The notes under the pieces were generated by a model. It was not told where the DNA came from. It did no database searches and saw only the letters and a list, made by a program, of their open reading frames with translations. A stretch of 63,995 bases of DNA, filler included, from Choristocarpus tenellus KU-1152 (Eukaryota; Protista; Phaeophyceae): the NCBI GenBank assembly GCA_964200185.2. It is 11 parts of 11 records of this genome, joined end to end, with 100 filler letters (N's around TTAATTAATTAA, not from the genome) between each part and the next. Parts side by side here need not be neighbours in the genome. Positions count along the whole stretch, not along the records: positions 35,837 to 49,434 come from CAXNAD020001436.1; positions 49,535 to 52,698 come from CAXNAD020021838.1; positions 52,799 to 61,300 come from CAXNAD020004643.1; 8 more parts are not named here. One strand, given 5' to 3'. Of the stretch, positions 38,851-52,819 are shown in pieces; the stretch's first letter is position 1, and the number at the start of each line of letters is the position of its first letter. Both the position numbers and the translations under genes were made by a program.

Positions 38851-40759
38851 TAATCTCTTACTCTTAGAGAAAACAGGATATGTTGTGATATATTGTTCCT
38901 GTTTTGTACACCAACAATTTTGAACTTTCACTGCACACACACACACATAACAATGCTGGGATACAATGCCATACCTTACTGGGTAAAAAAAATACTCGCA
39001 TCCATGTGGACCACACCGCTTGTTGAAAAATTCTGTTTTTTTTAGCCATTACCGGATTTTGTTTTAAGACGAGTTAGGCCATGCCAGGTCCAAAATGGCA
39101 ATGCATTTATCCTTATGCAATATCGAAAACTATTCCCAATAAGGCAGGCATTTTGACTTGGCATTACCATACCTTTTAAAAGGATACCCCTACTGTATTT
39201 GGATCAAAGCAAGGTAAGAAAATTTCACATGGACTCATGACATGGAAATTGGCATATTATTGGTGTTGCTACTGCTGTTTTCTCAGACAAGTAAAATCTA
39301 AACCACTTTGCATTGATGATTGATTCGATTATCATATGAAAAAATACCGAAAAGCACTATATATAATGGCAACCTTGTGGCCCAGTGCCTCCGTAGTTGC
39401 TTCCTGCATGAATTTTACAGGATGGAACCGAACCCCTTGACTCCAGACTTCTCTTCACTAAAGTCTGATATTGTTTATCCAAGTGACCAGCATAGCCCAT
39501 TGTACAACCTGCTGCACCTATGCTACCTTGTGTGTCTGTGGCTATACTACAAGAAGGCTGAACCAAGATCGATGCAGAAACATGGAGTTGGGTTCAGCAC
39601 AAGATTCGAGGGGGGAGATGGGGAAATGAGAGATGGGAGAAGTGAACCCAACGTGTGAGAAGCAAGGCAGGAACGGAGGCACTAAAATTAGTTGTAGTGC
39701 ACAGTGGTTCGTTATTAGATATTATGAGAACTAGTGCAGTGTGTAGTATCTCTGACCATGGGTTGGAGCAGTCCCCAGACTGAGATGAACAAGACAAGAA
39801 AGGAATAAAATGTTAGTAAATATCATTGAATAATGCAATGCCAACCCATTCGCCCGTGGGAGTTGAAGGAATTTTGTGGAAGGTCGGGAAAGGAGATTTG
39901 CAGCGTTGACAAACATGCAGAAGGTCTTTTGGGGTACCTACCCCTTTGTGGGATCTAAACACAAAAGGGTTAGGGTTTGACACAAAGGGGTACCATTATG
40001 GTCACCATTGGCGATTGGGGATACCACCAATTCAGAAAAGTAGATAGCATGGGTGAGGTGTACCCCCACATTCCAGAATAAAAAGGGGTACCGATTTAAT
40101 GTATATACTTGATATCACACCCATATTACTCAATCCCTATCAAAGAATGAGTCAATTTTTCTTTGGCTCGTTTTGTAGCCCCTTCAGAACAAGAATGGGG
40201 GATATAACCCTTTTTGTCCACCTTTCAAAAAGAGGACAGCGTGAGATCATAGTATAGCATGAATTTGATGAGGGATTTCCTTGTTAACACGCCATGAGAA
40301 TGTACTGCCTCACCACAAAGAAAATTATGATGTAGAACATGCCTTATTGATTTACAGCCAAGAGCGACTCAATACCTACCCAAGAGGGGTGTTGTACTCC
40401 CTCCATAATCATCCTAGCAAACAATATTTCCACGACTCATGAATCATTCTAGTCACACTATCTTGCTACAAAGACATTTCTTACTTCTCTATGAATGACA
40501 CTGAGCGTGTACAGAACTACCACGCATATACCTTTGCGAACATCCTCTCCTACTGTGTATGCACAATGTGCCACCACACCATAACCCTAACCCTTGATTC
40601 CCCATAACTCACTTCAAATGTCAGTCTCTAGTCGAAGTCAGTTTATAGCACAAAATGCTCCAAGTCTCAAACAAGATAGAAACACTCCAACTTCTCATCC
40701 TCATCACTGCTCAAGGACTAAATTATGACAAAATCATCACAGCCCTCATACGATACAAG

Positions 40760-41106
40760 AATCACTTCTGGTTCAAAGGCTATATGAGAAAATCTGCCTG
40801 TTGTTCCTCTGATGCCACATGTACACAACCCATGTAACCTCCTTAACCGTCCAAGGAAACAATGCCATACATCTTATGCTTTGTCCCCTGCCCATTGATT
40901 GGGTTTCTTGACAACACCTGTGCATCCTCATTGTCTTCATTCATTATCACACATGGTTTATTCCTCTCCAGACTTGAAAACTTCGGCACCTGTCTCACAA
41001 ACATCACCTCCTTTGCTGTGTCACTCAGAGCTATACATCCCGCCTCCATCGTTGACAAAGCCATGACTTTCTGCATCCTGGAAAACGTGACAATGCTACA
41101 ACTCAA
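40760..41106 (-). pseudogene. Ty1/copia RNase H relic
   Basis: SRMQKVMALSTMEAGCIALSDTAKEVMFVRQ...NEDNEDAQVLSRNP...TKH. Confidence 0.85.
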
Positions 41107-44100
41107 TAGTTAGTAGCCCCCTAGATGATCTCGTGGAAGACTTCCCCAGCTTGTCGGCCTCAAATGCAACATTCACCATCACTACGTTGCCCCTTGAACC
41201 AAGTTAAGGCATCTCTGACCCTGCTGCCGAGCTTCCAATTGCAGAAGACTCTGCCCCCTCATGTCACAAAGGCATCCTCAGGTGAGGTGTCTCATCCTCC
41301 AACAAAGAGGCAACCTCTACCTCATCCTAGGTCCCCAACGTCCTGTCTCCACAGTTCAGTTCCAAAGGACAATTGACACGAATCTACATTACGCCACCTT
41401 TAATGGTGTTATCATCAACAATCACATATCATTGGTCTGAGATCTTGAATCCCTCAAACCAGTGTCAAGGAAAATGATATCATGACCCGTGTGTCAGAGA
41501 CAGGTCCTGTCTGGGATCTCCAACAAAGTGGTACGGATAACACCCACGGTCATACAATATTTGGACAATATGATATAAAATCTCTACAATTTTCCATATT
41601 ATTTCTGGCATTTCTGTGATACATTACAGTAACAATTACCATGGGCTAAACTCTAGAGCAAAAAATGCCCAAATATCAAACTCATTACTGAGGTAATCAT
41701 TACCATGATAAGTCTTCCAATTCTTTCCATGACAGCAGGCTCTGGTCGTTGCCTAAATTGTGTGAGTGTGAGCTGCACAATCTATTCCAAATCTCCAGAG
41801 GACCAACAATTTAAACACTGAGGCACCACTTAGGGATACTTGGCTGTGCTTGCACCAAGTCCACACATTGACTTGGCAAGTGAGTACCCCCTCAGGGATG
41901 TTTGACTTGGTTTGCACTTGGTACCCATTTCAAACAACGTTGTCTGCAGTCTGGCACTCTGTACAGCCTCCTTTGCTCTAAATGTCCCCAGTGTGATAAC
42001 ATGGCTCTTGAGCTTCAAGGGAGTGGAATTTGTACACAATTATCCTGACGAAAGCTGGCTATTAATACTACTAGAGCTAGTACAAACATAAATAAGTACT
42101 CAGTATGCCAAACCAAGCCACATGGGCGAAGTTTAGCACACCCAGCAAGTTTGATATACAGAGTCAATGGATGAAATCACCTACTATATTTATTGCCAAG
42201 TGGGGCGAAACTTGAAAATCTCACATCCCCCTATTTCGGGGGGGGGTTGGCGAGCACTGTTTAGGATTTATACAAACGCCTCCTCGGAGCACAACTTTGC
42301 TGACCCTCCAAAAGATTGCTCTCCATCCCAGACTGGCTGACATTGGTATATGCTATTAGCCCTACCTTCATCTTTGCAATGCTGTCTCGCTTGCACTGGG
42401 GGTCTTGCGCTTTTAATAAAATTCCACTGGGAAGGTCGTTTCATAAATTATGCTTGCATGAAATCTTCTGCGGTACGCAGTGGTCACCACTACTATGACT
42501 TGATGGAAAATATGATCTCTCAAAATACACAACCTTCCATCAACATCATGAGCAATGCTATTCTACAACTGATGTTTCATTCATATTATATTCCCTGCCG
42601 TGACTACCCAATCAAGAACAAAACCAAGGATGAAGTCAGTGAGTCTGGTCATAATGTATTTTGGGGCAATCTTTTAGCAATGGCACCACAATGGAGCTGC
42701 GCTCCAAGCTGCTCAAGTTGGTTAGAGCTTCTTGTAGAGTAAATACATTAGTGTGAAAATTCATCATACACACAGCCCACTAATCGTGTCCTCTGAGTTC
42801 CAAACGGATAAGGACAGAAGTATCCTTCAGAGCTATCCCATCTCTAAGAGGGGTCTATTTAGACCATTTCAAGTATTCAAGACATTTGTAACCTCCTGCA
42901 TGACACCACATTCCATGCCTCAAATGTAGCCAGCCCCCATTAGGAGGTCATGGCTGCAGAAAAGAAGACACCTGTCCATCAAAACATGAAATCACCAGTC
43001 AGAGGGCCGGAAGCTAATCATATCTACCAGGTAGCAGTCACAGGGGACCCACATACTCAACAACACAACCCTCTAAAATAGGATAGCTCTCATAGGAAGT
43101 CCACAACCCTTGTCACATCTGATCTCTACTCCAAGACCACCCATCATCAGTGTCATTTCACCCTAACTATAGTGTAGGTACTACGTAAGCACCACAAAGT
43201 TCTTCGCATGTTCTCACAAATCTCTCACCTCCCTGGTCTTATATGGGGAATGCTAAGAATCACACCCAAGTCAACATTGGTTGAGGCTCACTTCGGTTAT
43301 AACACAAGAGTATTCCAATAAAGGACTATATTTGCTCTGTCAATACCCATCTGAGGTCAAAGCTGATGTAATGCACCCTATTTTCCTATGGCGACACTTT
43401 CCATACCGCTTACATTTGCTGATATTTGGTTGAGCAGTCACAAACTTCACTCAGCTAGATCCTAAAAAAAGATGTTGACAAACAAAAATAGTAGCAACTG
43501 GACCTTTGAACACAAGTAATAATATGCTCTAGAGCTTTATTGGGACAGAAGTCAAACCTAAATTGAGACCCAAGCGAAGAGCTCAAACCTGACAACCCTG
43601 CCTCTGCCTTACCAATGAATAGATTTTCAGACCTGACACAGAGCACACATTCCGACCCAACCTAACCAAGGTCACGACTTGACTCACAGACCAACTGCAA
43701 ACCTCTCACCCACATTTCGCCATTCTAGACAACTCCATCTTCCACTCCTGCCGGGTGAATTGCTGCACTATTGTACTAATACTTACACATCTTTAGTAAG
43801 AGTTCATGCCATCAACTATGCCACACAACACCCCATACAGTACAGCACAGACCACTGAAACAAGAGATGGGGCTAGGTATTCTATTCTACCACCACTACT
43901 GTGCAATCACACAAGCTGACACTACTGTTGTGAAGTTGGAGAAAATCATCACATTCCCTTTCACCCTCAAGGCTCCCATGCACAGCTAAGAACTTCCTCC
44001 ATCAATGTCACTGTGTTTCAACCTATTCCTTGGTGTTGACAAAATAATTTTAGGGTTCAGGGACGCAATTCGTCATGAAATGTTTTGTGCCAGCCAACAG

Positions 44101-45289
44101 GGAAACCTGTTTCGCATTGATTGTATGTAACACCTTCAATCTGCCCCCCCCCCCCCCCCCCAACACACACACTTTGTTGATCTGATCATTATCCTTCATA
44201 CACACTCAAAAACATGAAAACACCACGTACACTGAAAACTGTCTTCCGACCCCCCCCCAAAAAGGTCTAAAAAAAAAAGGTGAAAATTCTACTCTCATTG
44301 CAACAGTAGGGTTGATCTCCTGCTTAGCACAGCCTTACCAACAAAGCAATCCTGGCCAATCACGTGTACTGCAAACAAATCTCAAGATTAGGATCAAGTG
44401 GTTCGACATTTGTTTAAACATCTCAACCAGATCTCATTTCAGTCAGTTATTAAAACTACTCTACAAACGACATACTCCAGGGTGTATTTGTCCTGCACAG
44501 GAGAGTACCTCCATCTCTCACTTGGTGGTTCACGCGTGGATGAGCACTATACCTTCCCCACCCTACCAGAATGCGCAAAGCGTGCGTGCAACCAGGCATG
44601 CTAAACAATCTCCCTCCGGATGCACAACAAACACACAGGGCAGTGATAGGAATATAGTTCATAAGATCAAACACCTTATCCTACTTCTATCCTACTTCTA
44701 TCGAGTTCTATCAATTGTGTGCCAAGATGGGCCATACGGATGCCCTCGCTCTTGGGACAAAAAAAAAGTACATTAGTACAAAGGGTGAAAAACAAAAAAC
44801 AAATGAGGTCAATCTATCCATCTTTGAACCACCTTAACAGAGACCATGTAATCCTTGCATCTTGCGAGGAAGAAGTCACAAACACCAAAAAAACATCGGC
44901 TTCAGCTCAATGTGTTCTATATTTCTGAAGGGAACCATGGACCTAAACAACAGCATCACACAACACCCATTGTACCTTAGTATCAATCAACGAAAATTTT
45001 TCTTCTTTCTTTATAACACAAGAAATAGAAATACAAGTCGAGCGCATGTAATTCTCCTCCTCCTCCTCCTACTCGTCCCATACAAATCGATCTTGTTTGA
45101 GGTGAAAAAATCTTTAAAAAAAACATCAAGAGCTTTTGACGGAAGTGTACAAAAGGTGCTGTGAGTATTTTCAGCAATGCCCGCCCTTCTCTATTCACAA
45201 CGGTCCCTCCCTAGAGGCTGCTATTTTTTTCAGTAACATACCTCTACACCAAGCACAGCAGTCAGACAACAGTTTGGGTGGTTCACGCA

Positions 45290-48200
45290 TCACATGCCCC
45301 CTTCCTTGAAGAATTTTGCGCAAGTCTGCACCCGATCTGCAGCGCTTGGACGCCCCTTCTTCTTAAACAGGGCTTCCTCCACCTCTTTGTTTCCAGGGGA
45401 GGCTTCCCACGTCTCTATCAACTCCTTAGCTCCAGTGGCCTCATCAACGAGAAAGAGTAGCCAGGGACCTGGATAGCTGTAGAGCAGGCGAATCTTCAAA
45501 CATTCATTCATGGTGTTGTGGGGAAAGGAGACAGGGGGTGTGGAGTCAGGAGCACAGTGGAGGGGGAAGATAGTGATCAGAGGTGTTCCAGAAGAAGGAA
45601 AAGCTAGGACTGGCCAGCTCATCAGGGAGACTTGCATCAGCCCAAGAAAGTTACAGGGTGGTGGGACATAGATAAACACACTTCAGTCTGCCCTAGGCCT
45701 TCAGAACTTACAAAACCATCAATGTAATGTTTCAACAGGTGAAGTAACACTTCTAACAAACTTCAACTCCAGCAATGTTAATTCTCCACTCGCAGTTAAC
45801 ACCATTCCTGCTCCACTTCCCATCCGTTGTCAGGTCATTCCTACATATGCCTGCCTGCATCTCAAGCGCACACCTGCCAACAAAACATCTTCATACTTCT
45901 CAAGCCAGCCCATTTCGCTACACACCTAACACACTTTGCTTCAAAGTACCCAATCGTAACTTCTCAAAAAAAGACCTCCGTATGATATGGATCTCCTCAC
46001 CCAGTTCTTGGAAGGGTTGTTGGTTCACTGGCTCTATTGGATTCAAATTAGATAGCATTGGCGCAACACTCTGGCCATGCCTTTCTGACCCACACCATCA
46101 GTTTTGAAGGGGCACTTCGAAGTATCCAGTATCTTCATCAAAATTCATACCCCTGACTCAATGCTTTGCCATCAAACAGACACACATTACTCACCCTTTC
46201 CATGTCCATATGTTATCTCTTTGCAATGAACAGCATAATACTCCACTCAATTCATAGAACTAGGTTCATCCCCCTGCTACAGCGCTCCACTAAATGCTCA
46301 AATACCCTAGGAGTATCTCTACCCCCCCCCCCCCCCCCCCTCCCCCCCTCCCTTCCCCTCCTCACCTCGCTCCTTTTCCACACTTTACCNNNNNNNNNNG
46401 GTTCCCCCCCCTGCCACCACGCCCCACTTAATGCTCAAATACCCTAGGAGTATCTCTTCCCCCCCCCCCCCTGCACTGTCCATGAATATATCTCCACACA
46501 GCTGTGCCTATATAAAATACTATGGCAACCTTGATCTCAAACTTGTTGTACTCAAATGCTTGTATGCCTACAGCTGCTCCACCCCCCCTTTTGAGCAACC
46601 CTGCATATTCACATCTTGTATTCTCAGCTGCCCACCTCCCCCCTCCTCCCAGTAGCCCCCATAACTTCACACCTTGTACCCCCAGACCACATCGCTTCGA
46701 AGGGAATACGTGATCTCAAAGTCCTCCAAAGCCTTTTCCGCTCTCCTTTTACCAAGGAACATTCCAAAGTCAGCCGTATTCCGCCACCCTGGGTTTACAA
46801 GAGCGACCAGACGAGGTCCTGCACTATTTGTTATCTATCCAAGGAGAATTGGGGGAGAGAGAGAGGAGGGGGTGGCATTAGAAAGCGTGAGGACTTCAAA
46901 TTGTAACTGCAAAAGCAATACACACACCAATGAAGCAATATGTATTCATCCTGAGAGGAATGTGGAAATGAGGGAAGTATTGGTTGTTATAAACACAGCT
47001 GTAGTATAGCGGAGGCATGTTACAAGCACACAGAAAACTATTGACAGTACAGTATATGTTGAATGAATTATACCATCAGCAGTAAATGCCATAACACCAT
47101 ACCATTATGTTACCTCTTAAGTTCTTAGTTGGTGGAAATTGTTTATTGCTGGCAATAGTTGGCAGGTCATCACCTGAAATGACAAAATAAACTAAACCGT
47201 CTAAGGGTATCAAGCGCTACATAGTAGAAGGCAAGGTATAGAAAACAATTCCACAACCAATAAAACATATTCAGAGGATAAACATGAGGGCAGGAGAAGG
47301 GAGTAGGGAGAATAGCGGCAAACCAAGACTCCTTAGTATATCTTTGTCCTTAACTCAGAAGCAATCCAGAAAACTATTAAAGTGACAAAAAATGCATTAC
47401 AGCAACAAAGGGAGCATAACATCGATCAGTTTCTTCTCAAAGCCCAAATATCATCCCAAATGAGACAATCTTACACAATCCCTACTATAATACAGCATGG
47501 AGGCTTCTGTGCACATCTATTAAAAATAAAACCAGGGAGGTTGGCTGTCGGTTAAGTGCACATTCTGACCACTAGATTGCTCTGGCTGATAAAAATCCTC
47601 CGACCTGCTCCTGAAGAGCCAGAGTATCTGTTGACGGGAAGATGATGGCTGAGGCATCATCCTTGGCCTCTGGACACTCAAGTTGGATCAAGCCAACAGC
47701 ATCTGCTTCATCCAGGATACTCTCTGACACTGTACCCTTTCCCTCCTTCAAACGCATATCAGATCAGAACAGGTGAAGCAATTCCCCCCAATCATGGGGG
47801 AAGGGGAGGAAGATTTTGAATTAATAGATTTGTGCCTAGGGGTCATTTCTTTTTAGGGCTTACCCCAAATCTATCTCTCTATCCATAGCAATTAGGTGCA
47901 CCTAGCTATACCACCACCAGTGTGATATAATGCATCATAAAACGAAAAGCGATGAAGAGTATAATTGCCTATATCACCGATATTTTCAGGACACATAGCG
48001 ACCAGATTTCTGTCACTATCGTGAACTGTTGTGATGAATTATCAACTGACGGTGGTGAGGTGAAGGTTGGATGATACCCTTGTGGGATAAATGTTTCAAG
48101 ATGTATTTCCTCGACAGAGACTGGATGTGATAGGAATATGGCTAAAATATGCTTGCCTTGACAGCCAGAAATGGTCATAATTTGACAGGAGTCACCATCT

Positions 48201-49223
48201 CTGGGGCGCAAAACAACTTTCAGTTCCAGGTGATTAGGCATGAGAGGGTGGATTTTGAGTCACGACGAGGTAAGGACTACCAACCTCTGATGGAGGAAGC
48301 CCCATCAGAATCTTCTCCACCATGGGTCTGCAGGCTTTGTAGCGCTGTCTGTCACCCCCTGGCCAGTCGTCCATCTCTGTAGCTCCAATCAGGGGCAGTG
48401 ACAGCTTCAAGATCTGGCGGCTCTTGCCGTCAGATAGAGCCTGACAGATTCAGGGTGAGAGCAGGGTCAAAGTGTGGGCATGAAGAAGAATCAATGTTAG
48501 TTTCTGAAAGAAATATGAACTCTGCGGATCAACTTATCAATTCCTCCAACAGCGGATGGAAAAACAGTTGCATTCAACCAGCAGAGTACCACATTCTTTC
48601 AAGTCCAGACCTATTCCATCCCGAATTTGTGAAAGAATACACTTGACGCATATTGCGTAGGATTCGACCTTGGTCTTGGTCCCCTTGCTTGTCCATGAAT
48701 GACTGAGCGATGTCCCCAGCACATACGTGAGGGGGAATTCAAAGCGCAATCGTGCCATGGTCGGCAAGATAAGGCCAACTACGATAGGGTGGTCATACTT
48801 CACCTTCCATCCAGATGAACCCCTCACCTTCCACACAGCCTTAGTTGCCTGCTGGATCTGTTGCATGTTACTGAGCGGAAGGGCCGCTCCCATCCATACA
48901 TCATCATCGAAAGCTCGCTTCGCGTCTTGGGAAAAATCCTCTCTCTCCTCGCCCTTCCCTACAATATCTTTACCAACCCCCAAGGTCTCGATATTATCAT
49001 TGATTTCTGAGTCATCGTTCTGAATCATCCATCTTCTCACAGGCACTAGGGCTCTTGGAAATACCAGGACTTTTACTTGACGGAATATCCTAACATGGTT
49101 GGGAAGAAGGCCTACAGACCCAGAGAGCGAGAGTGCAAACGAGATTTCCAGAATCAGCACAATCAATGCGCTCGGGAGAAGACTAGCCACACTATGGCTA
49201 AGACGATGGTAGGGATGTTTCAT
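45290..49223 (-). CDS. DUF1995-family protein, probably plastid-targeted (352 aa, 5 exons, complete)
   Basis: Exons 49223-48828, 48440-48285, 47745-47605, 46834-46673 and 45493-45290 are all phase 0 with GT-AG sites. Motifs: LPLSNMQQIQQATKAVWKALSDG, LPLIGATEMDDWPGG, LVNPGW...DFG, FEITYSL, LLYSYPGPW. Hydrophobic N-terminus. Confidence 0.85.
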
Positions 49224-49538
49224 GTGAGTGGGTACGATTTCTCCCTGATGTCTTGATAGCTAAGGATGAAGGGTGGGACTTCATGTTTACGTCCTGCAAA
49301 ACGCCTCCACATAAAATGTAACTGTACTTTTGTAATCCAATGATCGTCCCTGGACCCACCACCTACACAACCGACATTCGAACAATATGCCAGTCAAGGC
49401 CGACACTATACCAGGAAGGGGGGCAGGAGGGGATNNNNNNNNNNNNNNNNNNNNNNNNNNNNNNNNNNNNNNNNNNNNTTAATTAATTAANNNNNNNNNN
49501 NNNNNNNNNNNNNNNNNNNNNNNNNNNNNNNNNNGGGG

Positions 49539-49985
49539 ATGCAGGGGGGGGGGGTGGCAACACCAAAGGCAAGAACACCTGTAGCACCCACCAAATGGGG
49601 GGGCAGTAGGAGCTCCCAGGGTAAAAAATTCAGCCACCAGGGAAAGGGTGGAAGCTCTAAAGGTTCACTCTGTGGGCAGACCAACAACCTCACAAAATAT
49701 TGGGGTGCTCCTGTTGCCAAGGGTGATACTGGTGGATCTGGTAGTGGGAAGATGGAAAGCAGCAGCAAGGGTTGCAATGAAAGAGGAGCAGGGTCACGGG
49801 GAGGAAGCATGGTGAGTGATGGCAGTGATGTGGATGGTGGAAGCAGTGGAGGTGGGGGCAGAGAAGAAGATGGACATTCCCACAGGCACAAGAAGAAAGG
49901 GCTGGGGTGCTCTAGTGGGCGATGGGGTCTCCGCCGCTCTGAGGACATAGGTGGAGGGGGGGACAGCAGTTGCAGCGTTGCCCAG
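49539..49985 (+). CDS. Possible Gly/Ser-rich low-complexity exon
   Basis: Open frame from the contig start to a CAG|GTTAGT donor; no domain recognised. Confidence 0.3.
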
Positions 49986-52347
49986 GTTAGTCAGCACAGG
50001 AGTTCAAAATATTTAGGATAATAGCACGTAAGGTTTTGATAGAGATAATGAGAGCAGGTGGTTTTGTTATTGGGGGAAGGGAAGGGAGATGGGCACAGGT
50101 AGTGAGGGAGGGAGGGAGAGAGGGAGAGAGGTGTTCATAAGTATGTGCCTGGCGGTGGTGATTCTCACAAGTCAAAAATTTGAATAGAATCTTGTGTTAG
50201 CATCTCTAATGATGGTGAATTATCAGAGAGCAAGTCAAGGTGAAACAGACTCATGTGACCAGCCAAACGTAATGTTGGTCAAGATCAGACAGCGTTATCA
50301 CAATACAAGCAGAAGTATGATTATTGAACCACTCGATGTGTCGGAGATCACAGAAAACACCTGTTCATCACATGGTGTATGATGTCACTACCCACAACTC
50401 ACTACACATTTCACGTTTCACAGCTAAGACTTCGGTTCTGCCTGGTGGGACCTGCGAAGGCTTTGGAATTTCTGTCTCAAAAGAGACTAATTACTTGGTC
50501 ACTCTTTGTGTGGTTTGCATTCAGCCACATCAACCCCCCCCACACCACCACCCCCCTGCCTTTTTTTTCTGAGTAAGATTCAGGGGGGTTTCATAGACTG
50601 GTTTAGTTGGTGAGACACAAAGGCAAATTCCCTTGTTGTTTTGGTGCATGTGACCACAACTTCCTCCACTCCATTCACAGTACTTCACGCCCCTATCCTC
50701 AGTCACCCTATAGCATACTACATACACACCCTATAGCATACTGCCTACCACTGAGTGTGGATTTGCCTGGCTTCCATCCCAACCTGCCCATCCGGTGTTT
50801 GATTTGATGTCTCGCCTCTGCAGATGGTTGGAACTCCCCTCAAAGGAGACGTATGCACCACCCCACCCCCAGACAAAAAAAAAATGCACACCTTGGGAGG
50901 CGGTGTGTTACCATGCACAGATGTGGGTGAAGGTTTGTCACCACCAGCATGCATGTCACCAGGCAGTTTCTACCGTGGTCTCAGCCCTACGCCTCCAAGG
51001 ACACCACAAACTCCAGTGCCTCCTTGTGTGAAGACTGTTGGGCTTATTGTACCCCACCCCACGACAAGTGAGGAGTTTGCCCCCCTCTTCCCCCCTCATC
51101 CTTTCCCCTCCCCCCATACATAAAGCCACCTTTTGCAAGTAGGAGTCTGTTTCTCGTTACTACCATTTTTTATTATGATTGTTAGCCTCTCGTAGGTCCG
51201 AGGGGTCCCAGAGCAGTGGTCAAAAGGGTTTTCCCATAGAAGGCGGCATGCACTGCTTGAATATGAAAAGGACCATAAGTAAAAGAAAAGAACCTTCGGG
51301 TGAAAAACACAACTCGAAGAGCCAGTAAGTGTAAGGGGAAAAGAAAAAAATATAAACCATGGATACGAAAGACAACACACCAGAAAGTGAGAAAGCGGCA
51401 TTCAACAGACAAGAGTGATGGTGGTGGTACATATGAACGGGAATGCAAAGAGATAACACCAATTGTAATGTTCACGAAGTCTATACATGTATATATATAT
51501 GTATATATCCTCTGTTGACACACTTTTTTTTGTTAATAAGAGCATGATTAGGATATGCAAGTACTTTTCAGGATTAGTTGGGGAGGCTAAGACTAAGAAG
51601 GCTAAGAAGTTGATTATTCGACTCGACCCAGCTGTCCTCACCACATCTTTAATGATACAATACCCAAATGAAGGCCTGATTAACCCTCACACTCAAAGTT
51701 CAATCAGTTTCTTTCCCCATGTTCAGATCCGTACCATCTTCAGCAGAACCTAACGCACCCCTCATGTCTCTTCAAGGTTCTGCGCAACATTGTCTCAAAC
51801 CTCATCGATCCTTGATCCCTATTTTTTCTTTGTGAAAATGAGTTCTTGGGGGTAATCCGAGCTAAGAGCTGCTTGCTATCCTTTCGACAGGTATGGACAG
51901 TGCGCGGTGATGATAGTTCAACTGCGGTTTTTACAACTGACTCCCCCATAGACCCATTCTATGTCACATCTTTGTATCTTGATGTGTCCATCTTTGTATC
52001 TTGATGCCGACAAAAAATCGTTGCTGTGGTTGGTTAGGTCCACCCTCAAACCATTGTACAAACATCATTATCTAGCAGTAGTTTTTCTCCTTTTTTTTTA
52101 GGTAACTGGGGTTGCCAGGTTGATGAAGGGGTTTGTGGAATGTTGGTGTTGTCCTTGATGATTCCTCTACCCTGTCCTGAGTAGGGTTCTAGATATTATC
52201 ACCGATCTGCCAACCAGATCCTCAAATCCCCACATACATCCCCCCCTGCATGCCAACGAATTGTATACCCATAATCACACACACGCATAAATATATATAT
52301 AAATGCACGTGTGTTCAATGTGCGTGTATACATTCAAATGATTGCAG

Positions 52348-52698
52348 GAGAAAGTACTGAGAAAAAAGGCCAACCCGAGGAAGAGGGGACAGCAGAGAGG
52401 GCGCTCGACGAAGAGATGGGGGAGGGCACCGGTTCAGAGTGGCAAGATGTCAAGGAAAACGTTAGTGCTGAAGACAACAAAGACTACCGAGAAGGCCTCC
52501 CGTGCCAGAGGACGGTTGTGCTTATCAAAGAGATTAAAGAAAACAGACCACCAGGGTCCAATTCATCTACCCTCGAGGAAGACAACGGCGCTGCGGTTGC
52601 CAGCAAACACTTCTCCTTGGGAGGAGTAGGTGGCATGGGGAATGGTACGAAGCTAAGCGGACTGAGAAGGGTTTCTAGAGTGAGTGGGCGGGTGGGGG
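52348..52698 (+). CDS. Possible acidic low-complexity exon
   Basis: TTGCAG acceptor followed by an open E/G/K-rich frame toward the contig end. Confidence 0.3.
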
Positions 52699-52798
52699 NN
52701 NNNNNNNNNNNNNNNNNNNNNNNNNNNNNNNNNNNNNNNNNNTTAATTAATTAANNNNNNNNNNNNNNNNNNNNNNNNNNNNNNNNNNNNNNNNNNNN

Positions 52799-52819
52799 CC
52801 CCCACCGATACTTTGGGTC
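52799..52819 (-). mobile_element. Family B-like TIR at contig start
   Basis: CCCCCACCGATACTTTGGGTC. Confidence 0.5.

Noticed and set aside
45950-46110. NLNPIE motif on the minus strand suggesting a Tc1 transposase
   Set aside because: No following W or other DDE context; probably chance.
46291-46470. Direct repeat ATGCTCAAATACCCTAGGAGTATCTCT-polyC
   Set aside because: The copies flank an N10 scaffold gap; most likely an unmerged overlap artefact.
27935-49434. Apparent clustering of DPH2, DUF1995 and transposases as a system
   Set aside because: They lie on separate contigs joined artificially, so the adjacency carries no information.
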